Assembly (NCBI GenBank): GCA_045647525.1
Contig: JAZRMK010000048.1
Coordinates: 7,928 to 71,927 of the forward strand
Origin: Acutalibacteraceae bacterium
GTDB taxonomy: Bacteria; Bacillota; Clostridia; Oscillospirales; Acutalibacteraceae
Reading direction: 5' to 3'
DNA: 64,000 nt
This document shows positions 29,880 through 39,002 of the stretch, piece by piece. Positions within the stretch are counted from its first letter, which is position 1; the number at the start of each line of letters is the position of its first letter. A program made the position numbers and the translations under genes. The notes under the pieces were generated by a model that was not told where the DNA came from, did no database searches, and saw only the letters and a list, made by a program, of their open reading frames with translations.

Positions 29880-30455
29880 ATGTCGAGCCATTTTTACGCA
29901 ATGCTCTTTCGAATGAAATACATTGACCGTTGGGCATTGATGAGAAATACAAGACGCGAAAATCTTTCAGAGCATACTCTTGAAACTGCGTTTATTGCTC
30001 ACGCAATAGCGGTTATACATAACAAACGCTTCGGCGGTAGCGTAAACGCAGAACGTGCGGCTTTGCTGGCTATGTTCCACGACGCACCCGAGATCATAAC
30101 GGGTGATCTGCCTACACCGGTAAAATATTATAGCGGGCAGATCAAGAAGGCGTATGACGAAATGGAGTCAGAGGCAATAAACAGTCTTTTACAACTGTTG
30201 CCCGATGACCTGCGCCCCGAGTTCGACGGCATTTTATATGATAATGACGCAGACCTTCGCAAGATAGTCCGTGCCGCCGACAAAATTTCGGCACTAATTA
30301 AATGCAAGGACGAAATCATGTTGGGAAACAGTGAGTTTTCTGTTGCCGAAAAAGCCACTTTAAAAACCATTGAGGCTTTAAATTTCCCTGCCGCAAATGA
30401 GTTTTTAAAACTGTTTTTAGATAGTTTTTCCCTGCCTCTCGATGAGCAAAAATAA
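29880..30455 (+). CDS. YfbR-like HD-domain 5'-deoxynucleotidase
   Basis: SHFYAMLFRMKYIDRWALMRNTRRENLSEHTLETAFIAHAIA closely parallels the E. coli YfbR N-terminus. HD motif FHDAPE. RBS AAAGGA precedes the ATG at 29880. Confidence 0.85.
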   Translation: MSSHFYAMLFRMKYIDRWALMRNTRRENLSEHTLETAFIAHAIAVIHNKRFGGSVNAERAALLAMFHDAPEIITGDLPTPVKYYSGQIKKAYDEMESEAINSLLQLLPDDLRPEFDGILYDNDADLRKIVRAADKISALIKCKDEIMLGNSEFSVAEKATLKTIEALNFPAANEFLKLFLDSFSLPLDEQK

Positions 30456-30559
30456 CCACTACCCCATTTATCCTTTTAAAGTGAATTATTGCTTTTTAAA
30501 AGTAAAAGTGATATAATGTTGTTTACAGTCTGATTACCGTTTTTGAAAGGAATGTAATT

Positions 30560-32335
30560 ATGATGAATCCTCATTCTTTGTGTCCCGGTTGTATGGCGGA
30601 AAAGGTTTCTGAGGGCAAATGCCCCATCTGCGGTTACAACCCCGACGAATTGCAAAACCCACAACATCTTAAAATCAACACTCTGTTGGAATCGCGTTAC
30701 CTTATCGGCAAAGCCATTGATTCCAACGGCGAAAGTACTACATATTTGGGCTATGATACAGTAACACAAACCATCGTTAATATCCGCGAATATTTCCCAT
30801 TGGGACTTTGCGACCGCGATGTTGACGGAACGGTTGTTATGAGCGCAGGCTCGGAGTTCAACTACAATGAAGGTCTTATGCAGTTCTTAAAGCTTTCGCG
30901 TGAACTCTTTAAGCTCAACGAGCTTCCTGCTCTTTTTGATGTTCTTGACGTGCGCGAGGCAAATAACACTGCCTACCGCATCACTCGTGCCGTTCCCGGC
31001 CTTACTTTGCGTGAGTTTTTACTTCGCAACGGCGGTGTTTTAAAATGGGATCAGGCAAGAAGCCTGTTTGCTCCGCTTATTTCGTCTATTTCTGCACTTC
31101 ATAAAGCAGGTATCATCCATCGCGGTATTTCTCCCGACACCCTTATCGTTGGTAAGGACGGCAAACTTCGTCTTAACGGCTTCTGCATTGAAGCCGCAAG
31201 AACTGCCAAGAGTGAGTTCACTTCACAGCTCTTCCCCGGGTTTGCCGCAGTTGAGCAGTACGGCGTTGTCGGAAGCCAAGGCCCTTGGACCGACGTTTAT
31301 GCTTTCGCCGCAACTATATACAGAACTCTTGTCGGCAATCCTCCTCCCGAGGCAACCGAAAGATTGCAGAATGATAATATGACCATTCCTGCTAAAATTG
31401 CACGCGAAACGCCAAAAGCAGTTTTGGAAACCTTGGCAAATGCACTGCAAGTTTTGCCTAATGACCGCACACAGTACATTGATAATATGAGAAGGGGCTT
31501 GTCGGTCTCTTCGGCACAGGTTTCTGCCGCAGGCGGAGCTGCCACTTCACACACCACCGTTGTGTCCGTACCCGGAAACGAGCCTGTAAAGCCCACCCCT
31601 CCCGTTTCTACTTCAACCGTAACTGCTGCTAATGCGGATACTTTAAATCAGTCCGATAAAAAAGGCAAGTCAACCAAAGTTTACGGCATTATCGCCTTTG
31701 TTTCGACCGCACTTTTGTTGGCGGTGATAATCATATTCCTGCTTTGGTCTTTGGGCTTTATCGGTGGCGGTTCAGGCAAAACCGAAAGCAACAACAATAA
31801 TTCAAAAACATTGCCGTCCAACTCCGCAGTTTCGTTGGCAACGCCTTCCACCCCTAGTGAAAACGGCGAATACGGATACCTGGATGATTTCACAGGAAAA
31901 TATTATTCCGATATTTACGGCAAGTCCGATTATGCGAACAAGATAAAATTTAAGATTGTACGAAAAGAGTACAGTTCTGAATATGAAGCAGGTCAGATTA
32001 TTTCTCAAAGTCCTGCTCCCGATTCGCAGTATGAGATCGGCAAAACAACCGTCGAACTTGTCATAAGCGAGGGTGATTACTACATTTCGATGCCCAAACT
32101 TTCGGATATGACCCCGTCTGAAGCACGTGTGCTTTTGTTAAAACTTGGTTTCCGAGATGTTAACATTCAGGATGTTGACGTTTTCGTGGCCGATGCAGAA
32201 TTCGGCGCTATTGTGGGTTCCACCCCCGAAGCCGGCACTAAAATCAACGTTGAAGAGGTTGTTGAGATCAAGATCAATCGCTACGAAAGCACAGACGACA
32301 CCGATTCGCCCGAATCCACAGAACCGTTAGCATAA
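30560..32335 (+). CDS. Zinc-ribbon / Hanks-kinase-like (predicted catalytically dead) / TM / two-PASTA-domain protein
   Basis: N-terminal CPGC...CPIC. Kinase fold with VNIR for VAIK, HRGISPDT for HRDLKPxN and NGF for DFG. One TM helix, then two PASTA-like repeats (...GQIISQSPAPDS...ELVISEG; ...GAIVGSTPEAGT...). Confidence 0.8.
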   Translation: MMNPHSLCPGCMAEKVSEGKCPICGYNPDELQNPQHLKINTLLESRYLIGKAIDSNGESTTYLGYDTVTQTIVNIREYFPLGLCDRDVDGTVVMSAGSEFNYNEGLMQFLKLSRELFKLNELPALFDVLDVREANNTAYRITRAVPGLTLREFLLRNGGVLKWDQARSLFAPLISSISALHKAGIIHRGISPDTLIVGKDGKLRLNGFCIEAARTAKSEFTSQLFPGFAAVEQYGVVGSQGPWTDVYAFAATIYRTLVGNPPPEATERLQNDNMTIPAKIARETPKAVLETLANALQVLPNDRTQYIDNMRRGLSVSSAQVSAAGGAATSHTTVVSVPGNEPVKPTPPVSTSTVTAANADTLNQSDKKGKSTKVYGIIAFVSTALLLAVIIIFLLWSLGFIGGGSGKTESNNNNSKTLPSNSAVSLATPSTPSENGEYGYLDDFTGKYYSDIYGKSDYANKIKFKIVRKEYSSEYEAGQIISQSPAPDSQYEIGKTTVELVISEGDYYISMPKLSDMTPSEARVLLLKLGFRDVNIQDVDVFVADAEFGAIVGSTPEAGTKINVEEVVEIKINRYESTDDTDSPESTEPLA

Positions 32336-32343
32336 CAAAAAAA

Positions 32344-32376
32344 CACCTGCGAGGTCTTCTTCGCAGGTGAATTTTT
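32344..32376 (+). terminator. Intrinsic terminator
   Basis: CACCTGCGA / TCGCAGGTG hairpin followed by AATTTTT. Confidence 0.7.
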
Positions 32377-32390
32377 AGATGGAGAAAAGT

Positions 32391-33110
32391 ATGCCGAGAT
32401 TTTTTAAAGAATTTTTTGAAGATGCACCTTTTATCGACGGTGCCGACGCGCACCACATCATAAAATCACTGAGAATGCGTGTCGGTGAACCTTTAACGGT
32501 TTGCGACACAAAGGGCGTTGACTACTTCTGCACGATTTTAGATATCAGTGATTCGAGGGTGAATTTAAAGGTCGAATCAACTGCCAAAACTAAATCCGAG
32601 CCCGATGTTAAGGTCACACTTTTTCAGTGTCTGCCCAAAGGCGATAAAATGGATTCGGTTGTAAAGCAATCCGTCGAGCTTGGCGTGACCGAAATAACCC
32701 CTGTTCTTTCTACGAATTGTGTGTCACGTCCCGATGAAAAGCAACTCACCAAGAAAATCGACCGTTGGCAAAAAATTTCGTGCGAAGCAGCTGGACAGTC
32801 AGGTCGCGGCATTCTGCCTTTGGTCAACCAATGTGTTGCTTTGAAAAAGGTCGCCGAAAACACCGCAAAATTCGACAAAGTGTTCTTCTGCTACGAAATG
32901 GGCGGAAATGCGATTGCCGAAATTGACAGTTCTGTAAAAAACATAGCCGTAATTATCGGACCCGAAGGTGGTTTTACTGCCGACGAAGCCGAGATGTTAA
33001 AGGCGGCAGGAGCCGTTGTTACGACCTTAGGGCCCAGAATTTTAAGGACCGAAACCGCACCTTTGGCAGCCATTACCGCCATAATGCTGAAAACCGGAAA
33101 TTTGGAATAA
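32391..33110 (+). CDS. rsmE: 16S rRNA (uracil1498-N3)-methyltransferase
   Basis: Starts MPRFF. The C-terminal GPEGGF...E and LGPRILR.ETA motifs of RsmE are present. GGAG lies 6 nt upstream of the ATG at 32391. Confidence 0.88.
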   Translation: MPRFFKEFFEDAPFIDGADAHHIIKSLRMRVGEPLTVCDTKGVDYFCTILDISDSRVNLKVESTAKTKSEPDVKVTLFQCLPKGDKMDSVVKQSVELGVTEITPVLSTNCVSRPDEKQLTKKIDRWQKISCEAAGQSGRGILPLVNQCVALKKVAENTAKFDKVFFCYEMGGNAIAEIDSSVKNIAVIIGPEGGFTADEAEMLKAAGAVVTTLGPRILRTETAPLAAITAIMLKTGNLE

Positions 33111-33113
33111 ATT

Positions 33114-33152
33114 AAAGCCTCTATTGTGCTTGCTGCAAATAGAGGCTTTTTT
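33114..33152. terminator. Bidirectional intrinsic terminator
   Basis: AAAGCCTCTATT / AATAGAGGCTTTTTT between convergent rsmE and mutS2. Confidence 0.8.
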
Positions 33153-33154
33153 GT

Positions 33155-35530
33155 TTATTTTAACTGTACTACGGTAACGCCGTCCTCACCTTCGCCGTAA
33201 ACTCCGAAACGGAAATTCGCTACGCTTGGGTTGGTTTTTAAGTATGCGTGAACCGCCTTTTTGAGCGCACCCGTACCTTTGCCGTGAATTATCCAAACGG
33301 TGTTGAGCCCCGCCATAACAGAATTGTCAATAAATCGGTCAAGTTCCAACTCTGCCTCGTCACCCGTAAAGCCTCTTATGTCGATTTCCGACTGTGCTGT
33401 ACGCACATTGGGCTCCGACGTGACTGCTCTTTTGACCGTTCTGTGCTTGGCAGGCTCGGTCTTTGTTGTTTCAACCAAACGCAGATTTTTAATAGGCACA
33501 CGTGTTTTAATAACACCCGCCAAAACTAACACCTGGTCGCCTGTGGGATCTTCCTGCACAATGGCGTCCTTTTTTATGTCCCAGATGCGAACCCTATCAC
33601 CCTTTTTAAGAGGTCTCGGCAGTTTGTAATCTCCTTCGGCCGCTTCTATCGGGTCGGCGGCATCCTGCATACGCGCAATACCGCCTTTAACTGCGGCACG
33701 TGCAAGTCGGATTCGCTCTTCGGCACTGTTGCTCGATTTCTTGATTGATTCGATTTCTTGAAGCAACCTTTCTGCCTCGGCTCTTGCACGGTCAACAACG
33801 GCGTTTGCCTGCTCGCGAGCAGTTTCCATAGCCTTGTCGCGTTTTTTCTTTAATTCTTCCTCTTGCTGTTTGTTTTGTTTTTTAAGTGCTTCCATCTCGC
33901 CCTTTATGCGATCGGCGTCACGTCTTGCGGTTTCGGCCTTTTTGACCTCCTCCTCCAAGGTGGCAACAACTCGTTCAAACCTTGTATCCTCTTCGTTTAC
34001 AAGACTTTTCGCAAGTTCAACAACATCTCTTTCAAGACCCAGCTTTTCCGAGATTGCAAACGCATTGGAACGTCCCGGTATGCCAAGAATCAGCCTGTAA
34101 GTCGGTCTTAAAGTGGCAACATCAAACTCACAACTGGCATTGCAAACCCCCTCTTGCTCAATCGCAAAAGTTTTAAGCTCTGCATAGTGCGTTGTAGATG
34201 CAACCGTTGCCTTTTTTTCGCGCAGTTTCATCAAAATTGCAGTGGCAAGTGCCGCACCTTCAACGGGGTCGGTGCCTGCTCCGAGTTCGTCTATCAGCAC
34301 CAACGAGCTACTGTCGGCTTTGTTTAAAATTGAAATAATGTTAGTCATGTGCGCCGAAAAAGTCGATAACGACTGCTCAATACTCTGCTCGTCACCGATA
34401 TCGGCAAGGATATTACCAAAAACCGAAACGGTACTGCCGTCAGACACGGGCAACATCATTCCGCACATTGCCATAAGCGTTAAAAGTCCGATTGTTTTTA
34501 TAGTAACGGTTTTACCGCCGGTATTAGGACCGGTGATTATGAGTGTATCAAACTCATCGCCCAACGGTATCGTTACGGGCACGACCGTCCTTTTGTCGAG
34601 CAACGGATGGCGTGCGTTTTTAAGGTAGACCTTGCCGTGTTCATTAAGGCAAGGCATTGACGCCTTCATAGAAAACGCGAGGCTTGCCTTTCCAAAGATT
34701 AGAGATAAATCGACTGCCGAGTTGTAGGACAGGCGGATATTATCGGCAAAGGCAGCCGCTTCGCCCGACATTTCGGCTAAAATTCGGTCGATTTCTTCTT
34801 TTTCTTTTATCTGTAATGCCTTGATCTCATTGTTTACCTCGACTATCGCCATCGGTTCTATAAAAAGTGTTGCTCCCGACGACGAGGTGTCATGCAAAAG
34901 TCCGGGGACCTCACCTTTAAATTCCGATCTTACGGGGATTACATACCTTCCGTCACGTTGCGTTACTATTGCGTCTTGAAGATATTTTGACATTGTGTTG
35001 GAACGAACCATTTTTTCCAGTCGGTCGCGTACATTCAGCTCCGAAGAATGAATCTTTCGGCGGATGTTTTTGAGTTCGACCGACGCGTTATCGTCCATTT
35101 CGTCCTCTGACCTTATGGACATAAAAATCTTATCCTCAAAATACTTGTTGGGGATCAAGACTTCAAAATACGGTCTTATTGCTTTGGCATCAATATTCTC
35201 ACAATGCGAGCGCCACTCATAAAGTGAACGCACCGTTCGCAAAACGTCGCCTATATCGAGCAACTGCTTCATCGACAACACACCACCGCTTTCGGCAATG
35301 CTTAATGCATTGTTGACATTTCGGCTGTTGCCAAACGAAGGCGAACCGAACGCCGCCGTCAGTTTATATGCGTCATCGGTTTCCAAAAGCAACGTTTGTG
35401 CCTTGTTGATGTCTGTAACAGGGCAAAGTTCCAATGCCTTTTGCTTAGCATCATAAAGCACGCAGCAATCGGCAAGCATTTTTAAAACTTTATCCAGTTC
35501 AAGTGTCTTTATTTCCTTGTTTGAAATCAC
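33155..35530 (-). CDS. mutS2: Endonuclease MutS2 (Smr domain)
   Basis: 791 aa. Walker A GPNTGGKT, a long coiled coil and a C-terminal Smr domain (IDIRG....A...L..F.D.....G...V.IIHGKGTGAL). Confidence 0.92.
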   Translation of the reverse strand: MISNKEIKTLELDKVLKMLADCCVLYDAKQKALELCPVTDINKAQTLLLETDDAYKLTAAFGSPSFGNSRNVNNALSIAESGGVLSMKQLLDIGDVLRTVRSLYEWRSHCENIDAKAIRPYFEVLIPNKYFEDKIFMSIRSEDEMDDNASVELKNIRRKIHSSELNVRDRLEKMVRSNTMSKYLQDAIVTQRDGRYVIPVRSEFKGEVPGLLHDTSSSGATLFIEPMAIVEVNNEIKALQIKEKEEIDRILAEMSGEAAAFADNIRLSYNSAVDLSLIFGKASLAFSMKASMPCLNEHGKVYLKNARHPLLDKRTVVPVTIPLGDEFDTLIITGPNTGGKTVTIKTIGLLTLMAMCGMMLPVSDGSTVSVFGNILADIGDEQSIEQSLSTFSAHMTNIISILNKADSSSLVLIDELGAGTDPVEGAALATAILMKLREKKATVASTTHYAELKTFAIEQEGVCNASCEFDVATLRPTYRLILGIPGRSNAFAISEKLGLERDVVELAKSLVNEEDTRFERVVATLEEEVKKAETARRDADRIKGEMEALKKQNKQQEEELKKKRDKAMETAREQANAVVDRARAEAERLLQEIESIKKSSNSAEERIRLARAAVKGGIARMQDAADPIEAAEGDYKLPRPLKKGDRVRIWDIKKDAIVQEDPTGDQVLVLAGVIKTRVPIKNLRLVETTKTEPAKHRTVKRAVTSEPNVRTAQSEIDIRGFTGDEAELELDRFIDNSVMAGLNTVWIIHGKGTGALKKAVHAYLKTNPSVANFRFGVYGEGEDGVTVVQLK

Positions 35531-35545
35531 TTTTATCTCCTCAAC

Positions 35546-36301
35546 TCACAGCCCTAAGCTGTGGAAAAAGTCTAATGTTTTAAGTTTAAATCCTGTTTGG
35601 GACAGCAGATACTTCTCGGTTACAAAACTCAAATACCTTGCGTGCTCTGCGGGTATTGAAAACGAAAAAAGCTTCGAAAACTCAGAATAGACGATATGTC
35701 GCATCGCGGTAAAGGTCGTGCGGTCAAGTTCCACCGTGTCCCCTTTTGATTGCTCCACTGCGTGACAAACATCACACACTATTTCGCCGCCGTTGCAATC
35801 GAGATGAATCTTCTTCGCAGTGTCCAGTCCACAACCTCGACAACCGACAAGGTCGGGCATAAATCCTGCCTCCGTCATTATACGCAGTTCAAATATCGCC
35901 TTTAAAAGAAGAATGTCAACCTTTCCCTTTTCCAGAAAACTCAACGAATTGAGCGCAAGCCTTAAAAAGTCTTCGCTTTCATCCAACTCTTCGGGCACCA
36001 AATTTCGACAAAGTTCACATATATACTGAGCCAGACTCAATCGTTCAATATCTGAACGGATTCCAAAAAACACACTATGTACTTCGGTCTCGCTTACCCT
36101 GTAATGCTCTTTGGATTTGGTTATTAAAAATGTTGAGTAGCTGAGCAAAGCCGTTGACGCAGCATTTTTACTTTTGGGTTTTCTTGCACCTGTGACAAAG
36201 GCACTTATAACCCCTCTGTCACGCGTCAGTATACTTATCACCCGATCGCTTTCTCCCAAGTGATTCTCTCGTATCACAAGTCCGTCGGTCGTGAACTTCA
36301 C
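35546..36301 (-). CDS. recO: DNA repair protein RecO
   Basis: From GTG 36301 (RBS GAGGTGG 6 nt upstream) reads VKFTTDGLVIRENHLGESDRVISILT..., a typical RecO N-terminus. The Zn-finger CRGC...CDVC is present. The longer track ORF adds an implausible hydrophobic extension. Confidence 0.85.
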   Translation of the reverse strand: MKFTTDGLVIRENHLGESDRVISILTRDRGVISAFVTGARKPKSKNAASTALLSYSTFLITKSKEHYRVSETEVHSVFFGIRSDIERLSLAQYICELCRNLVPEELDESEDFLRLALNSLSFLEKGKVDILLLKAIFELRIMTEAGFMPDLVGCRGCGLDTAKKIHLDCNGGEIVCDVCHAVEQSKGDTVELDRTTFTAMRHIVYSEFSKLFSFSIPAEHARYLSFVTEKYLLSQTGFKLKTLDFFHSLGL

Positions 36302-36398
36302 GTCTTGCCACCTCACATTCGTCGGAATTAAAATAGGCAATATAATCATAAACACTGCCTGATTTGTAAAATGCATTCCAAAGATTCTGACCTTCCAA
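36219..36398 (-). CDS. YqzL-like small protein; 3' part overlaps the recO start in another frame
   Basis: Frame reads (TTG)EGQNLWNAFYKSGSVYDYIAYFNSDE..., resembling B. subtilis YqzL (..FTWNVFSQTGNVDTYLLFKELE). The era-yqzL-recO synteny is conserved. Start and true stop are uncertain. Confidence 0.4.
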   Translation of the reverse strand: MEGQNLWNAFYKSGSVYDYIAYFNSDECEVARREVHDRRTCDTRESLGRKRSGDKYTDA

Positions 36399-36481
36399 AA
36401 AAACCACCCTTTCAAGTTGATTACGACACAGTTATTATGTGTAACCCAAAGGGTGATTTCAAAGGTAATTATTTCTTAAAA

Positions 36482-37420
36482 TCAACTGTTGCGGCCATCA
36501 AGACCAAAGGAACGTATAAGACCATCGCGATTGCGCCAGTCTTCCTTGACCTTTACCCAGATCTTGACATTTGCCTTGCAACCAAAAAATTCCTCTATAT
36601 CTGCACGAGCCAAAGTTCCTATTTTCTTCAACATCGCACCGCCCTTGCCGATGATTATTCCCTTGTGAGAATCACGCTCACAATAGACAGTGGCTTCGAC
36701 CTCTATTATGGGCTCACCGTTTGCAGTGTCACGTTCAAAAAAGCGCTCTAAGCCAACTGCGATGCCGTGTGGTATCTCCTTGTCAAGCAAGCGAAGCATT
36801 TTTTCACGTATAAGTTCAGTGACGATAACACTGTCGGCCTGGTCAGTAACACAGTCGGACGAAAAATAGTGCGGAGCAGGCTTTACATACTGCAAAACAC
36901 AAGTTTCAAATTCATCTAAACCGTCGCCCGTTGCGGCAGAAATCGGCAAAATTGCATCGAAATCGTGCAGACCTTTATATGCCGAAATGATAGGCAAAAT
37001 ATCCGATTTATCGCGAACAAGGTCTATCTTGTTAATAACAAGAATGGTCTTTAAATTGCGTTTCTTGATCTCGTCGAGGAGTGCCAGTTCAGCCTTGGGC
37101 ATATCCTCGGGGTCCAGTTTAAATTTAGGAGCAGCTTCGACCACCAGAGCCACTGCGTCTACATCGGCAAGCCCTGACGAAACCACATCCATCATCTTTT
37201 CGCCCAACTTATTCTTAGGCTTGTGGAAACCCGGAGTGTCCACAAAAATCAACTGCTTGTCCTCTCTTGTCAAAACACCCATTATTCGAGTGCGTGTGGT
37301 CTGCGGCTTATCCGATACTATGGCGATTTTCTGACCGAGCATTCGATTCAAAATAGACGACTTGCCGACGTTGGCTCGTCCGACAATGGCAATAAAGCCC
37401 GAATATGTTGTTTCTTTCAT
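36482..37420 (-). CDS. era: GTPase Era
   Basis: G1 GRANVGKSS, G3 DTPG, G4 NKID and a C-terminal KH domain. Confidence 0.93.
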   Translation of the reverse strand: MKETTYSGFIAIVGRANVGKSSILNRMLGQKIAIVSDKPQTTRTRIMGVLTREDKQLIFVDTPGFHKPKNKLGEKMMDVVSSGLADVDAVALVVEAAPKFKLDPEDMPKAELALLDEIKKRNLKTILVINKIDLVRDKSDILPIISAYKGLHDFDAILPISAATGDGLDEFETCVLQYVKPAPHYFSSDCVTDQADSVIVTELIREKMLRLLDKEIPHGIAVGLERFFERDTANGEPIIEVEATVYCERDSHKGIIIGKGGAMLKKIGTLARADIEEFFGCKANVKIWVKVKEDWRNRDGLIRSFGLDGRNS

Positions 37421-37431
37421 TTTTATTCCTC

Positions 37432-37926
37432 TTATTCAGTAAAGGTGACCTCTCGCGAGAGCCCCATTTTAAGTAAAACCGATTCTTCTTTTTCACGCAT
37501 TGTTTCAGCTTCAAGATCGTTATTCACGTGGTCATAACCCAACAAATGCAACATCGAATGAACAGTCAAAAACGCTATTTCACGTTGAATTGAATGTCCG
37601 TATTCTTCGGCTTGACGGCAGGCATGTTCAACCGAAATTATAACATCACCTAACAACTTTGCTCCTGTCAACATATTCTCATCATACACACCGTCTTCGC
37701 CCAAGGGAAATGACAAAACGTCGGTCGAGCGTGCAATATTACGAAACTCGGTATTAAGTTTTTCTATTTGCTCGTCATCAACAAACGAAACATCGACCTC
37801 GGCATTCCAAGGGAAACCTTCTTCGGCCAGTACGGCATTACAGGCGCGGCGCACAAGCATTCTTATTCCCGCAGGAATCTTAATTGCTTTTTGCTTGTTT
37901 ACGATTGATACTTTGACTCTTTCCAT
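37432..37926 (-). CDS. ybeY: rRNA maturation RNase YbeY
   Basis: HSMLHLLGYDH zinc motif; about 160 aa. Confidence 0.92.
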   Translation of the reverse strand: MERVKVSIVNKQKAIKIPAGIRMLVRRACNAVLAEEGFPWNAEVDVSFVDDEQIEKLNTEFRNIARSTDVLSFPLGEDGVYDENMLTGAKLLGDVIISVEHACRQAEEYGHSIQREIAFLTVHSMLHLLGYDHVNNDLEAETMREKEESVLLKMGLSREVTFTE

Positions 37927-37985
37927 ACTGACTCTCCTTTAAAAATTCAAACCTTGCTATATATTAAATACCGAATGTTCGGCAC

Positions 37986-38957
37986 TTAACGTCTTCTTTC
38001 TTCATACCTTTCGTACGCCTTAATTATTTGCTGCACAAGTCGGTGTCTTACCACATCGCGTTCCGAAAATTTGGTAATTGCGATATCGTCAATATCCGAC
38101 AAGATGTTCAAAACCTGCTTTAAACCCGATTTTTTGCCGTCGGGCAGGTCTATCTGGGTCACGTCACCCGTTACAACCGCCTTGGAATTGAAACCCAGTC
38201 GGGTCAAAAACATCTTCATTTGCTCGGGCGTTGTGTTCTGCGCTTCATCGAGGATTATAAAACTGTCATCAAGGGTTCTTCCGCGCATATATGCAAGCGG
38301 AGCGACCTCAATATCGCCGCGTTCCTGACATTTTTGGAAATTTTCAGCACCAAGCATATCAAAAAGAGCATCATAAAGCGGACGCAAATACGGATCGACC
38401 TTCTGCTGTAAATCACCCGGAAGGAAGCCTAGCTTTTCGCCGGCTTCGACGGCAGGTCGCGTCAAGATGATTCGGTTGACTCTCTTGGCTCTGAACTCCT
38501 CAACCGCCAATGCCACAGCCAAATAGGTCTTGCCTGTTCCCGCAGGGCCAACACCTATGGTTATGGTATTACTTCTTATTGCTTCTACATAACGTTTCTG
38601 ACCGATGGTCTTGGCCTTTATGGGTTTGCCGCGTGAAGTGATGCAGATGCAATCATTATCCGTCAACTTCCTTATTCCGTCGGCGTCACCGTCGTTTACC
38701 AGCGACATACAGTACCGTATACTCTGATCAGACAGAGTTTCGCCCTTATTTATAAGGGTAATAAGCCCCTCAACCGTTTCTTTGGCGTGGGCTACGCCCT
38801 CTTCTTCTCCGCTGATTTTTACCTCACCCGAACGGAACACGATATGCACATTATATTCTTTCTCAATAAGTCGGATATTCTCGTCCATACTGCCAAAAAG
38901 ACACTGCACCTGCTCCATGCGTTCGATGTTGATTACGGTTTCAGCCAAATTTTTCAC
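37986..38957 (-). CDS. phoH: PhoH-family ATPase
   Basis: Walker A GPAGTGKTYLAV, FIILDEAQN and a PhoH-like C-terminus. Confidence 0.92.
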   Translation of the reverse strand: MKNLAETVINIERMEQVQCLFGSMDENIRLIEKEYNVHIVFRSGEVKISGEEEGVAHAKETVEGLITLINKGETLSDQSIRYCMSLVNDGDADGIRKLTDNDCICITSRGKPIKAKTIGQKRYVEAIRSNTITIGVGPAGTGKTYLAVALAVEEFRAKRVNRIILTRPAVEAGEKLGFLPGDLQQKVDPYLRPLYDALFDMLGAENFQKCQERGDIEVAPLAYMRGRTLDDSFIILDEAQNTTPEQMKMFLTRLGFNSKAVVTGDVTQIDLPDGKKSGLKQVLNILSDIDDIAITKFSERDVVRHRLVQQIIKAYERYEERRR

Positions 38958-39002
38958 TCCGTTATATTAAACTTATATATTTAGTTATATTTTACATTAT
39001 TT

